From a virus (lineage: Duplodnaviria > Heunggongvirae > Uroviricota > Caudoviricetes): a stretch of DNA of 64,000 nucleotides. Position numbers and translations under genes: made by a program. The notes beneath the pieces are model-generated. The model saw only the letters and a program-made list of their open reading frames with translations. It searched no databases and was not told the DNA's origin. Positions within the stretch are counted from its first letter, which is position 1, and every line of letters starts with the position of its first letter. The stretch is from IMG/VR virus record IMGVR_UViG_3300028103_000015. The stretch is one strand, 5' to 3'. Of the stretch, positions 27,233-36,460 are shown in pieces.

Positions 27233-27474
27233 AATAGTTTTATAAGTTGTCCGTTTCTATCTAACAAATGCACAACATCAAATTTGGTGTCATATTCCTC
27301 AATGATGCCTTGTAGTATATCATGAGGATTACGCCACATTTGCACAAACGTAAGCAGCTCCTGTGCTCCTAACAAACGTCCATGCTTATTTGGGTCATGC
27401 TTCTCCCTATACTTCTCATATATTAGTATAGTAGGATTTGTCATCCTCACTGTTAGATAGTCTTTCTTTGTCAT
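27229..27474 (-). CDS. hypothetical protein
   Basis: ORF tiling. Confidence 0.4.
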   Translation of the reverse strand: MTKKDYLTVRMTNPTILIYEKYREKHDPNKHGRLLGAQELLTFVQMWRNPHDILQGIIEEYDTKFDVVHLLDRNGQLIKLL

Positions 27475-27634
27475 GTGTAAATATTGACACGCTCCAGAAA
27501 AGCCACTCCAGGTTGATCACTGTGTATCTATCTAAAGGATCAGGACTTCTCAGGATTGTTATTGTGGGTAATAATACAATTTGCCAGTAGGGTTCTTTCT
27601 CACTTGGAAAAGTGGAGAATAATTTCACGTTCAT
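27416..27634 (-). CDS. hypothetical protein (overlaps its neighbour; uncertain)
   Basis: ORF track only. Confidence 0.25.
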   Translation of the reverse strand: MNVKLFSTFPSEKEPYWQIVLLPTITILRSPDPLDRYTVINLEWLFWSVSIFTHDKERLSNSEDDKSYYTNI

Positions 27635-28698
27635 AGTTGGTTATTTAAAAAATAGGATTTGTTAATCACTGCCTCATAATCAGCGTCTGTCATTACATTG
27701 CGTTTAGGCAGTTCTTTGAACATACCGATCTGGCCCATAAAACCAAGACCAATGCGCACATCATCTTCACCATAGGAATTCTTTATCAACCTAAGGTTTC
27801 TAAAATACTTAGCACCATATTGGTCCTTCAGCTTATTCAGGTCATAACCACTTGGGTCAGCCACCTTATAGCGCATAGGATCAAACAGGGCTAATACAAC
27901 ATCAGCATCATTCTGTGTCTGTGAACTCTCAGCAAAATCTTCTAGCTGAGGCTCAACATCACCATTCTTAATCCTGATGGGATTGCTAATATCACGATTG
28001 AACTGACTCACCACCACTGGCGTATATCCATAGAAGTCACGAGCATATCTGAGCTCATCACTCATCTTATCAATAGCCTGCTTCTTAGTGGTTTGGTCCT
28101 TCGTAGTCTTTAGTAGACCAATGTGGTCAATAATCACAAGTGTTATCTCATTCTCATGATTGGGGAAATAGCGCTTGTTATATTCATCCACCTGTTCTAT
28201 CTTACCATGTTGTAGAGCGTGAGCTTTGAGCTCCTTGGCTATACCCACAGCATTCTCTGGACCATCAATGATTGTAATGATGTCATCCATTCTGCCAATA
28301 TAATCCTCATACATCATGAACAAATCATGCTCATCCTTGGTCATCTTCTCATTCCAGCCCAATAGCTTGCTTACAGGGATGATGATGCCCTGGTCGATGA
28401 ATATCTTCCTGCTCACCCATTTAGCCAGCTTATAGGTCCTAGAACGCTCCATAGAGCGATATATGATGCGTAGCTTCACTCCTGGATCAGTTTGGCTGAT
28501 ATACCAGTCAAATGGATTGAGAACAAAGGCATCATCAATAAAGCTAGTCTTACCAGAGCCTGTTAAACCACCCACCAGGAAGTATATGCTCTTACGAATG
28601 CCAATATATCTATTTAGCCTATTAAAACCCATGGGTATACCGTTATTCCTCCCTGCTAGGCCAAGCTCCACTTCTTGTTTAAGTAGTTCAAAACTCAT
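27631..28698 (-). CDS. dnaB: DnaB-like replicative helicase (C-terminal RecA-fold domain)
   Basis: Walker A GGLTGSGKTSF, Walker B LVIIDHIGLL, VVVSQFNRD. Confidence 0.75.
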   Translation of the reverse strand: MSFELLKQEVELGLAGRNNGIPMGFNRLNRYIGIRKSIYFLVGGLTGSGKTSFIDDAFVLNPFDWYISQTDPGVKLRIIYRSMERSRTYKLAKWVSRKIFIDQGIIIPVSKLLGWNEKMTKDEHDLFMMYEDYIGRMDDIITIIDGPENAVGIAKELKAHALQHGKIEQVDEYNKRYFPNHENEITLVIIDHIGLLKTTKDQTTKKQAIDKMSDELRYARDFYGYTPVVVSQFNRDISNPIRIKNGDVEPQLEDFAESSQTQNDADVVLALFDPMRYKVADPSGYDLNKLKDQYGAKYFRNLRLIKNSYGEDDVRIGLGFMGQIGMFKELPKRNVMTDADYEAVINKSYFLNNQL

Positions 28699-28870
28699 GA
28701 TTCTTTTATTAGTTCTTCTATACTGTTATGACATAACTCACGCTCATGTTCTGGGCTACCACCCTCTTCTATCTCATCCAAACAGAGCTGATAATAACTG
28801 AGAATATCTGGCTTCATTTTAGGATGGGTTGCAATCTGTTCTTTAATATATTGTAATAATTGTTCATGTG

Positions 28871-29500
28871 TCATACGTCTGTTCCTCCTACGGGTTTATC
28901 AGTTTCTTCAACTTTTCCACCCTCTTTAATTAGTTCAATAAATGGTTCAAAGCTTCGTTGGTTCAAATAAGTGAAGGAGTTCTGCATATAACTAAGTCTG
29001 TTAGTGCCTGTCTTTACAGAATTCTCTTTCTTTTGAGCCACCTCGAAGTTTAATGCTTCTATCAGCTGTCCAGCTGTATATTCTCCCTCTAGAAGGATTT
29101 TGTCAAATCTCAGTCTACATTCATCTCTATTCTGTTTTAAGCCTCTTGTGCCTGTAAACTTCTTTCCTTTGTGTGTAAATGTATCAGTGCCTGGATAGGC
29201 TTTCCACCACTCTTCAAATTCTGTTGTAGCAGGCTTACGCTTTATAATCTTTGTAGCCTCTTTGGTCTCCATAAACTGGAGCAGTTCTTCACCCAATGTT
29301 GTTATCTTCTCATCAGTGTTGGATATGAGTCCTTTTCTAATCAAAGTCTGATAGAGCGCAGCAATCTTCATACTCCCTTCACAGAGAGGTTGAACATCAA
29401 ACTTCTGCTCTATCAGCTTCAAAAGATATATAACATCTAGGGAATAACTTTTCTTGATTAACTCTTCAAAATGGTAAGGAGTTATCTTTAAGTTGGTCAT
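28871..29500 (-). CDS. hypothetical protein
   Basis: 209-aa ORF. Confidence 0.5.
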   Translation of the reverse strand: MTNLKITPYHFEELIKKSYSLDVIYLLKLIEQKFDVQPLCEGSMKIAALYQTLIRKGLISNTDEKITTLGEELLQFMETKEATKIIKRKPATTEFEEWWKAYPGTDTFTHKGKKFTGTRGLKQNRDECRLRFDKILLEGEYTAGQLIEALNFEVAQKKENSVKTGTNRLSYMQNSFTYLNQRSFEPFIELIKEGGKVEETDKPVGGTDV

Positions 29501-29690
29501 TTGGCTGGGGTTTATTCTCGTAAATCACTGTCACAGTTGCTGGAAGACGTGTATTCTCTTCTTCCATAATCTCTTGCATTATTCTCTGTTGCTCTTCTAA
29601 CAAATATACGGAATCTTTGAGACTTTCCCGCTCAAAATCTTCAGAAATTATTGGATTGTTCATAACAATTTTTGTTAGTCTTCGTGCCAA
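29466..29690 (-). CDS. hypothetical protein
   Basis: ORF track only. Confidence 0.3.
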   Translation of the reverse strand: MARRLTKIVMNNPIISEDFERESLKDSVYLLEEQQRIMQEIMEEENTRLPATVTVIYENKPQPNDQLKDNSLPF

Positions 29691-29823
29691 AATGTTGTTG
29701 TTGGATCATCATCTGCGTCATTATTCTCTTTCATTGTTGGAGCATGGATTATCTCATAGGCAATCCATATCCATACGATCACAAGGATCGCAATAAATAA
29801 ATAAGTCATGGGTTGGGGGAGTT

Positions 29824-30252
29824 TTAGTCTTTTATGCGAAGGCCAAATTGCAGGTCAAACCATTGAAAGGTTTGCTCAGCTTTAGTTTTGTTGAACTTGA
29901 ACACCTTCCTTAATAAAGGAATGGCATATGACTTGAATAATTCATATTGTTTGGTAGTCATGGTGTTAGTGGAATACCATTTTTCTTTCTTGGTTTCCTC
30001 CATGGTTTTACCAATCATATTGAGTTGATATTCAACCAAATGTGTAGATACATTGGCTCTATTAATCACCACCTTAGGCTGTGGGAAGAATCTATTTCCA
30101 TTCACCTCATCAATAAACTCCTGCTTGTCCCACACCTCTACATATGAATTATCATCAATGTATGTAAGTTTGATGATGTCTCCTCTCATGTAGCTGATGA
30201 AACACAGTTCACCAATGTAATTCTTGAATCTATCTCCTTTTGCTAGTTTCAT
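29824..30252 (-). CDS. hypothetical protein
   Basis: 142-aa ORF. Its stop abuts the polymerase gene start. Confidence 0.5.
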   Translation of the reverse strand: MKLAKGDRFKNYIGELCFISYMRGDIIKLTYIDDNSYVEVWDKQEFIDEVNGNRFFPQPKVVINRANVSTHLVEYQLNMIGKTMEETKKEKWYSTNTMTTKQYELFKSYAIPLLRKVFKFNKTKAEQTFQWFDLQFGLRIKD

Positions 30253-32228
30253 TAGAATAATGTTAGTTGGTTAGGATTTACTACCACCTTGCGCTTTCTT
30301 CCTTCATAAGCAATCTTATGAATGATTTTCTCAGCGCGCTCTATGTAATATTGATAATTGATATTATCTAGAGGATGGCTTTTGTCTAAATGATTGCACA
30401 CTGTACAAACCCACTCACCTGCTTCCACTTGCATAACATCTGCAGCTGTAGATTGACTGTCTGCATTCTTCACCTTGAGGAGCTTCTGTCCTGTGTTGGA
30501 TACATAATACCTAATGAGCTTGTCATAGACAGTTTTCTCACCTGTGGACCTATCTATTCCTTCATAATGGAAGTCTTTAGATGCTTTCTGTCTCAGGCAG
30601 AAATCAAATATCCTATCACAACTCCTAATAGTACGCTCAACAGGTATATTATTAGTATAATATTGTTCAAGAGCCAACGGGATAATACGCGCTGACTTGT
30701 TCTTATGAAGCTCGAAATCTGTGAGGAAGTCTCCCTTCTTTTTAATTTCTCCATCTGTTTTTATTGCAATATAGTCATTTACCGTGGAAAATACAATCTT
30801 CTGATAATCAGTGCGTTCTAGCTCATATTGAGTGAGACTAGACCACCATTTGTTTATCTCATGCATTCTGTCTAATGTCACAGTTTTTATAAGAATTGTG
30901 ACACCATCTGTGTTTGCAGAAATAACACGTATACCAGCTAATTCATATGCCTCAATAAGCATCATCAGGCTAAGCTCTCCTGTTATAGTGGTGAACATAG
31001 TGAGCTGTCTATCATATATCCAGGACTGCATGTCACTAGATTTGCCATACACAGAGTTTACAGCGAGCTTCAGTGCACCCACAATACCCTTAATCTTCTT
31101 ATCCTTCTTAGCTAAAGGTTTGAGCTCTAGACGCTTCTCAAACATGGCTTGATAGCCTCTGAGAAATGCTGGTCCCAAATGTTGTGGATAACGCTTGTTA
31201 TTGATGATGATAGCTGGATAGTAACTAGACACATCCCAGTCTATTATCTGATGATCTTCATCAGCTTCAAATATCTTAGGACTATTCTCTGTATGCAAAC
31301 CACCCTTCATAAAAGAATACACATTGTTATAGAAATGTAGCTCCTCTTTGAAATCATCTTGCAAGCCCAGGCTCAGCTTCTTTATTCTCTTAAGGAATTC
31401 CTGCAGCTCTTTTGTTTGAAACTCCACATATGGAGCAATACAATTCTTTACAAGTATGTTCTTTCTAAAGAATCCTTTCTTGGGCAGTTCTTTATAATCA
31501 ATGCCCTTCTCCTGACAGTAGTATTTTTTGATCATCTCATCACCAATCTTACTGTCAGAATAATTGAGACACGGGATACCGAACTCTTGCTCGATATCCT
31601 GTCTCAACTCAATTTGATTGTTTCCTCTATATAGAGGATGATCTGTCTGTCCAATTGTTACCAAGTAAAACTGATAGGTAGCCCATACATCGTTTATACA
31701 ATAACCTGTGGTGGTAACAATGTCCTCAGTGGTCATTCCTTCCTTGTTATGCACAATAGGCATCTCCTCAATGTTCTCTAAATCCATCTCAAACTCTAGC
31801 CTCTTTAAGCTAACACGTCTATTCTTGTTGTCAAAGTGGTGTATTCTAAATAAGTCCACTTGTTTTAATGTGAGGTCTGTCTCACGATATTCTGGGAATA
31901 CATCATGATTGGCATCATCTATCACATCTGCTGCCTTCTGGTGGATTTTAGCTGTAATTTCTAGAGCAGAAAGCTCATGCCAATATTCATTGTTGCGTAT
32001 CACCCATTCTACCACTTGAGAGTCAAAGCGCAAGTTGTTGTAGCCCACCCAATAATAGTCTTTGTACTTCTCTGTGAAGTTGATGAATGCATCTAGGCTG
32101 TTCTCATCCTTATTCACCCTGAATATTCTATAGGGCTCTTGAGGAATAAGACAAACAACCAGGAAATATTCTTTAAGCGTTTCTATGTCGTAGATAATTA
32201 CGTTGTCCATCATTAATCGTTTTCCCAA
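30252..32228 (-). CDS. family B DNA polymerase with 3'-5' exonuclease domain (phi29/piPolB-sized, 658 aa)
   Basis: ExoI IIYDIETL, ExoII YNNLRFDSQ, ExoIII YCINDVWATY, motif A DWDVSSYYP, motif B KLAVNSVYGKSS, motif C ISANTDGV. Confidence 0.85.
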   Translation of the reverse strand: MGKRLMMDNVIIYDIETLKEYFLVVCLIPQEPYRIFRVNKDENSLDAFINFTEKYKDYYWVGYNNLRFDSQVVEWVIRNNEYWHELSALEITAKIHQKAADVIDDANHDVFPEYRETDLTLKQVDLFRIHHFDNKNRRVSLKRLEFEMDLENIEEMPIVHNKEGMTTEDIVTTTGYCINDVWATYQFYLVTIGQTDHPLYRGNNQIELRQDIEQEFGIPCLNYSDSKIGDEMIKKYYCQEKGIDYKELPKKGFFRKNILVKNCIAPYVEFQTKELQEFLKRIKKLSLGLQDDFKEELHFYNNVYSFMKGGLHTENSPKIFEADEDHQIIDWDVSSYYPAIIINNKRYPQHLGPAFLRGYQAMFEKRLELKPLAKKDKKIKGIVGALKLAVNSVYGKSSDMQSWIYDRQLTMFTTITGELSLMMLIEAYELAGIRVISANTDGVTILIKTVTLDRMHEINKWWSSLTQYELERTDYQKIVFSTVNDYIAIKTDGEIKKKGDFLTDFELHKNKSARIIPLALEQYYTNNIPVERTIRSCDRIFDFCLRQKASKDFHYEGIDRSTGEKTVYDKLIRYYVSNTGQKLLKVKNADSQSTAADVMQVEAGEWVCTVCNHLDKSHPLDNINYQYYIERAEKIIHKIAYEGRKRKVVVNPNQLTLF

Positions 32229-32367
32229 TAATAATCACAGTCCTTCTTATCCTCATCATATGGAGGATTTGCAAAATATGACTGCCCATATTCATCTGCA
32301 GGAGCTGTATATCTATAACATGTCTCTTTTAAAGGACAATCTTCTCCTTTACATTTTGCTATGTCTG

Positions 32368-32655
32368 TCATATGTCATCATCTATATTCTCGTAATAAAT
32401 TTGCCTCACTTTAGTGCCTAGCTCTTGGTCATTAGGAGTGTCATACACAATATGTGTTGGAATCAAAATGTGTGTACGATCTGTACCTCTCCTATAACAT
32501 TTAATGCAGAGCTGTCCTGCTCCCTCGATATATCCCGTCCTCATATCAATGTGTGTTTCGTATTCATATGGTGTCTCTGCACCACAGAGGATACATGTAT
32601 CTTTTGCCATAATGAAAGATTTAAAATTGGTGCCCACATTGCTGTAGGCACTCAA
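32368..32655 (-). CDS. hypothetical Cys-rich protein
   Basis: CILCG...CIKC pairs. Confidence 0.45.
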   Translation of the reverse strand: MSAYSNVGTNFKSFIMAKDTCILCGAETPYEYETHIDMRTGYIEGAGQLCIKCYRRGTDRTHILIPTHIVYDTPNDQELGTKVRQIYYENIDDDI

Positions 32656-32657
32656 AT

Positions 32658-32867
32658 TTACTTAAATTTTCGTAAACGAACAACTTTCTTGTAATCATCT
32701 GAAGGAGAATAATACATCTTGTTGTTCTCTAATGTGAGCCTGTTGGTCTTCTTTCGTTTGAAGATGGCATCTATTAGTTTGTTGACATTTGGATTGTCTG
32801 AATCATCTGAATAAACTAATGGCCTAACAGAGCTCCATGAGGAGCGGTAAACGAGGGTTGCTGGCAT
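32658..32867 (-). CDS. hypothetical protein
   Basis: ORF tiling. Confidence 0.4.
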   Translation of the reverse strand: MPATLVYRSSWSSVRPLVYSDDSDNPNVNKLIDAIFKRKKTNRLTLENNKMYYSPSDDYKKVVRLRKFK

Positions 32868-32886
32868 AAGTGTGTGCTTTTATTGT

Positions 32887-33189
32887 TTAGAAATAAATTC
32901 TAATGTGGTCTTTGTGCTGCTCCACCATTGCACTCATCAATCTTGGCTGCATAATAGACACCATTTCTGTCCTTTTTGTAGCATTTGTATTCTTTGTTCT
33001 ACGTCTTTTAGGACCATTCCACTCAGCCACCTTGCGTGTACGCTTAGCTAGATTGTAAAGGGTGATGCGAAATGATGATGTTTTTCTACCATACTGAGGA
33101 GCAAGTCTGTCAGCAATAGCTGCAATTGGTTCTCCTGTACGAATAACTGTCTTTAATTCCTGTACCTGTTCTGTTGTTAACCTTGACAT
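32887..33189 (-). CDS. hypothetical basic protein, possible DNA-binding
   Basis: Arg/Lys-rich, with an N-terminal helix-turn-helix-like segment. Confidence 0.4.
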   Translation of the reverse strand: MSRLTTEQVQELKTVIRTGEPIAAIADRLAPQYGRKTSSFRITLYNLAKRTRKVAEWNGPKRRRTKNTNATKRTEMVSIMQPRLMSAMVEQHKDHIRIYF

Positions 33190-33409
33190 TTTTCTTTGAT
33201 TTTAATTGTTAGTAAATAATTAACGAGGTCTGTCTGATCCGAGTATGTCCACCACTAGCCCTGAGCCATCTATTGTTGGCGCATATTCTTTTAGCCAAAC
33301 AGGCATGGGAAGCTGTGATTTAATACCGTCTCTAATGTTGTTCCAATCATCAATGTCTTTTGCTTGTTGGAGCTTTTCCAACGCTTCTTGAAGGGTCATT
33401 TGCTTTGAT

Positions 33410-33586
33410 TTAATGTGAATAATCTGCCATCATGCGGTTGGCGTTTGTTATACCCTCTCTGCTTACATACAGTCTGGATATGTGCATTTCGTCAAACCAC
33501 TGCTGATAGGCTGGGTCCATTTGTGTTTCTAGTCTTTCTTGTTCGATTTCTTCTAGCCTTTCAATCGTAATGTTTTCTAAAATCAT
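33410..33586 (-). CDS. hypothetical protein
   Basis: ORF 33410..33766 trimmed to an internal Met to remove a 164-nt overlap. Confidence 0.3.
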   Translation of the reverse strand: MILENITIERLEEIEQERLETQMDPAYQQWFDEMHISRLYVSREGITNANRMMADYSH

Positions 33587-33602
33587 ATGCTTTTTGTTTT
33601 TG

Positions 33603-34181
33603 TTAGGAATTATCGTCCGTATCAGCCTCATCAAATTCGTCATATTCATAATATTGTCCCTCCCCACCACATACAACACACACTGTGTCTGGTGTAGATC
33701 CATATCCTGTACCATTGCAATGCTCACACATCCATGGTCCGTCATCATCTTCCTCTGTATACTCACCAGGAATGGACATGGTCACCTTGCCTGCATACAG
33801 AATTGGATTTATAGCATCCTCATGAGCATAGTCCCATTCATCAATCTCTACATCCACCTCACCATCCCATTCTTCTAGGATGAAATTAACATCTTTGAGC
33901 TCTATGTCTCTTAATTCGTCTGTATGCTCTCCTTCATCCCACCAGCCTATCTCATGTGGCTCAGCTATCACCTGTTCATCATAGATCAAATAAGGCTCTA
34001 CAGGCGCTCCATTTTTCACAATAAACTCTTCCATGCTTTCCTGAGGAATCTTATCCAATGCCCATATCTCTGTATATTCTTTTCGTGTGCCTGGATTAAT
34101 TTTAATGATGAACCACATGCCTATTTCCAATTGTTTAGGCATATAGCTCTTAAGGACGAGCTCCACTGTTTGGTGTGTCAT
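33603..34181 (-). CDS. acidic protein with two DnaJ-type CxxCxGxG zinc-finger motifs
   Basis: CEHCNGTGY and CVVCGGEGQ. Asp/Glu-rich. Confidence 0.5.
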   Translation of the reverse strand: MTHQTVELVLKSYMPKQLEIGMWFIIKINPGTRKEYTEIWALDKIPQESMEEFIVKNGAPVEPYLIYDEQVIAEPHEIGWWDEGEHTDELRDIELKDVNFILEEWDGEVDVEIDEWDYAHEDAINPILYAGKVTMSIPGEYTEEDDDGPWMCEHCNGTGYGSTPDTVCVVCGGEGQYYEYDEFDEADTDDNS

Positions 34182-34398
34182 CTGGCTTGTTTTTCAAGTA
34201 ATTAAGAATGTCTTTTTCTTTAAATGTACGCTTTTGTGGATTGGCTGCACCCATAGGATCTTGTGTATTATCTACACGTACACACTCATACAAACCATCA
34301 CCTATTTGTTTTATCACCTTCCATGCTTGATACATAGAATTGCCATGTGTGCCCAGCTCATGTCTTTCAATGTGCTTTCTAAAGATTGTTCCCACCAT
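34150..34398 (-). CDS. hypothetical protein
   Basis: ORF tiling. Confidence 0.4.
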   Translation of the reverse strand: MVGTIFRKHIERHELGTHGNSMYQAWKVIKQIGDGLYECVRVDNTQDPMGAANPQKRTFKEKDILNYLKNKPDDTPNSGARP

Positions 34399-34409
34399 AT
34401 TATTCTTTT

Positions 34410-34760
34410 TTATAATTTGAATATGCTGCCATTAGAATCTATTTCTACCTCCACCTCAGCTCCCTGATGCCTGTCTGATACAAAGTCTATAAGGTCTCCG
34501 ATAATCTGCTTATCCTTGATATGATTGTCAATTAGCAACAAATTGTATTCTTCTACCAGCTCACCAGCATCTAATGAATAGGTTTTAGCTTGGTATTTGG
34601 CAATAGGCTTATCCTTGTAATAGACAGTGATGTCATTCACAGAGAAATGGCTCAGTGATTCTCTCTGTCTTTTGTCAAATAGTGCCTTACCAATAATGAT
34701 TTGTTTGGCTGCTGTACAACCAATGGCTGTAATAGCTAATACTAATAGTAGTTTTTTCAT
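34410..34760 (-). CDS. lipoprotein (signal peptide plus lipobox AIGC)
   Basis: MKKLLLVLAITAIGC. Confidence 0.55.
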   Translation of the reverse strand: MKKLLLVLAITAIGCTAAKQIIIGKALFDKRQRESLSHFSVNDITVYYKDKPIAKYQAKTYSLDAGELVEEYNLLLIDNHIKDKQIIGDLIDFVSDRHQGAEVEVEIDSNGSIFKL

Positions 34761-35011
34761 GGCTTTTCTGTTTTAGTGTATAATAATGTTTCGAATGCAT
34801 CTGCAGCCTTTGGATCTTCATCCTTGAGCATGTCTAGAGCTAGTTGATAACGTGTAAGCTCTTGTATTAGGCTGTCTTTAGCTATATCACCACCCTCAAT
34901 CATACAATCAGCTTCCATCTTTCTCAATGTGATGTTCTGATTAATAACGATGTACACTATGCCTATAAATGCTATAGCTGTCAATGTACGTTCTAAAGTT
35001 TCTGATTTCAT
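34757..35011 (-). CDS. small membrane protein (single N-terminal TM)
   Basis: LTAIAFIGIVYIVI TM segment. 4-nt overlap with the lipoprotein gene. First gene of the leftward operon. Confidence 0.5.
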   Translation of the reverse strand: MKSETLERTLTAIAFIGIVYIVINQNITLRKMEADCMIEGGDIAKDSLIQELTRYQLALDMLKDEDPKAADAFETLLYTKTEKP

Positions 35012-35046
35012 ATATAATTGATTTACAATTGATTATGTGATGAATT

Positions 35047-35075
35047 TGCATGAATTTTACCGAAAATGTCATGCA
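35047..35075. promoter_or_regulatory. 7-bp inverted repeat TGCATGA-N15-TCATGCA
   Basis: Seen directly. Lies 36-64 nt upstream of the first leftward gene. Confidence 0.35.
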
Positions 35076-35086
35076 TTTACTTCCTG

Positions 35087-35122
35087 ATTTGGCTGATTAT
35101 GAGCTACAAAACTCAGCCAAAT
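35087..35122. promoter_or_regulatory. operator-like perfect 10-bp inverted repeat ATTTGGCTGA-N16-TCAGCCAAAT
   Basis: Seen directly. ATGAGCTA direct repeats lie at 35098 and 35121. Confidence 0.45.
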
Positions 35123-35161
35123 GAGCTATAATGTGACTTATATGGGACAAATACACCGCAA

Positions 35162-35183
35162 AATGTGCGTTTTATGACACATT
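35162..35183. promoter_or_regulatory. palindrome AATGTG-N10-CACATT
   Basis: Half-site related to the AAAGTG..CACTTT repeats. Confidence 0.3.
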
Positions 35184-35233
35184 ATTCAACACAAACCGTG
35201 CTTGATGGTGCTTTTTGCATATAATTTCATCAT

Positions 35234-35322
35234 AAAGTGCATTATTATACACTTTTACGTATAATTTGTTCCTCATGAATGATATTACTGCTTAAAAGTG
35301 CATTCTGTTACACTTTTACGTA
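35234..35322. promoter_or_regulatory. two 28-bp direct repeats, each internally palindromic (AAAGTG-N12-CACTTTTACGTA), spaced 61 bp apart
   Basis: 35234..35261 and 35295..35322 are identical except for 4 central positions. Confidence 0.45.
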
Positions 35323-35602
35323 CTTAAAAATGTAACAAAAAGAAGCAGCCCATATTGCAGAGCTGCTTCAGAGTTACAGCACTTAGTAACCCAACCCTTC
35401 TAGAAATGCTGCATCAGCTATCACCAATATGTCTCCTTTTGAATAAGTACATTCAAAGAAGATGCGAAGCTGATTAGCTAATTTCTGGAAGTTCCTAAAA
35501 TCTTTTACGTCTGTAAATTTTACGGTTTTCATTTTGCTTTGTATTTGAAGGGTGAATAAATACTTTGTCGCATAAATATAGCAATAAATAGCCAAACCAC
35601 CA

Positions 35603-35637
35603 AATAAAAAAAAGCTCCCGTATAGACATACAGGAGC
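35603..35637 (-). terminator. rho-independent terminator (leftward transcripts)
   Basis: Stem GCTCCCGTAT/ATACAGGAGC, followed on the minus strand by T8. Confidence 0.55.
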
Positions 35638-35748
35638 GTTCATTAAAAATGAAATAGTCAACCAAAACAACTGTTGGGATCTGTCCCCTAGTTATTAGCT
35701 AAGACTCAATGTATCCTAGCATGAGATGTACGACCATCAACCAATATC

Positions 35749-35967
35749 CTATGAATTATTTTTAATGTATTCTGCTACCATCAGCTCCCTCATCCTACCT
35801 CTTGTCCTCCTAGGCAAATCATTATCCCTAGCAAACCTGTGTAATGTTCTTTCTGTAAGCCCTGTAGCATTACATATGTCCTTCATTGTTGGAAACCTAT
35901 TTATGTCATACCAACATTTCTTGACAATACGCACCTTCATGTCATATATATTAAGATTCTCTTCCAT
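35749..35967 (-). CDS. AlpA/Xis-like helix-turn-helix DNA-binding protein
   Basis: TMKDICNATGLTERTLHRFARDNDLP matches the AlpA-family HTH pattern. Confidence 0.5.
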   Translation of the reverse strand: MEENLNIYDMKVRIVKKCWYDINRFPTMKDICNATGLTERTLHRFARDNDLPRRTRGRMRELMVAEYIKNNS

Positions 35968-36109
35968 ATGTTCCCTGTTTTAATAGCCTATATCCTTCCT
36001 CTATATCAGCAGCTAATTTAGCCACTTGTTCGTCTGTATACGTCTCAAGTTCTTCAAGCTTCCATGTTGTGTTGTCAAGGATGTAATCAATAAGTTGTTG
36101 TCTGGTCAT
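35951..36109 (-). CDS. hypothetical small protein
   Basis: ORF 35951..36166 trimmed to Met20 so that it does not run into the tRNA-like element. Confidence 0.3.
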   Translation of the reverse strand: MTRQQLIDYILDNTTWKLEELETYTDEQVAKLAADIEEGYRLLKQGTYGRES

Positions 36110-36140
36110 AATACATGGTTTAAATGAATAAATAGTGTGT

Positions 36141-36241
36141 GCAGCTGGAGGGACTCGAACCCTCATTTCCTGGTATTAACCACGTAAACATGGCATCTCT
36201 CCCTTATCTTTTACATTTCCATACATTAGAGAGCCAGCTGC
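36141..36241 (-). other. tRNA-derived element: perfect T-arm (GAGGG-TTCGAGT-CCCTC) plus a 7-nt acceptor 3' strand, with a complementary 5' strand 100 nt away; not foldable as a canonical tRNA
   Basis: The plus strand carries GGACTCGAACCCTC at 36150..36163 and CAGCTGC at both 36142..36148 and 36234..36240. There is no workable D-arm or anticodon arm. Confidence 0.5.
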
Positions 36242-36414
36242 ATAAAATGGTTGATTAATGCTATATTTATGTCCTATTTGGCCGATGTGTCCTATTATCA
36301 ATTTACCCCTTATAAGTGTCTATGGGTCACACTGCATCTCTCTAACACACTGAGAATCAATTGATTACACCCACCCTACGCAACAAAACACCATTGCCCA
36401 CCCATATATACAAT

Positions 36415-36451
36415 GGGAAAAAAGAAAGACTCCCGTGGGTGAGAGCCTTTC
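36415..36451 (-). terminator. terminator-like hairpin after gene 36461..36865
   Basis: Imperfect 11-bp stem GAAAGACTCCC/GAGAGCCTTTC with a T-rich tail on the minus strand. Confidence 0.4.
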
Positions 36452-36460
36452 TTGGTTAGT

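Noticed and set aside
36141-36241. Canonical tRNA gene
   Set aside because: A perfect T-arm and matching acceptor strands are present, but the 101-nt span has no foldable D-arm or anticodon arm. It is recorded as a tRNA-derived fragment or att-core candidate instead.
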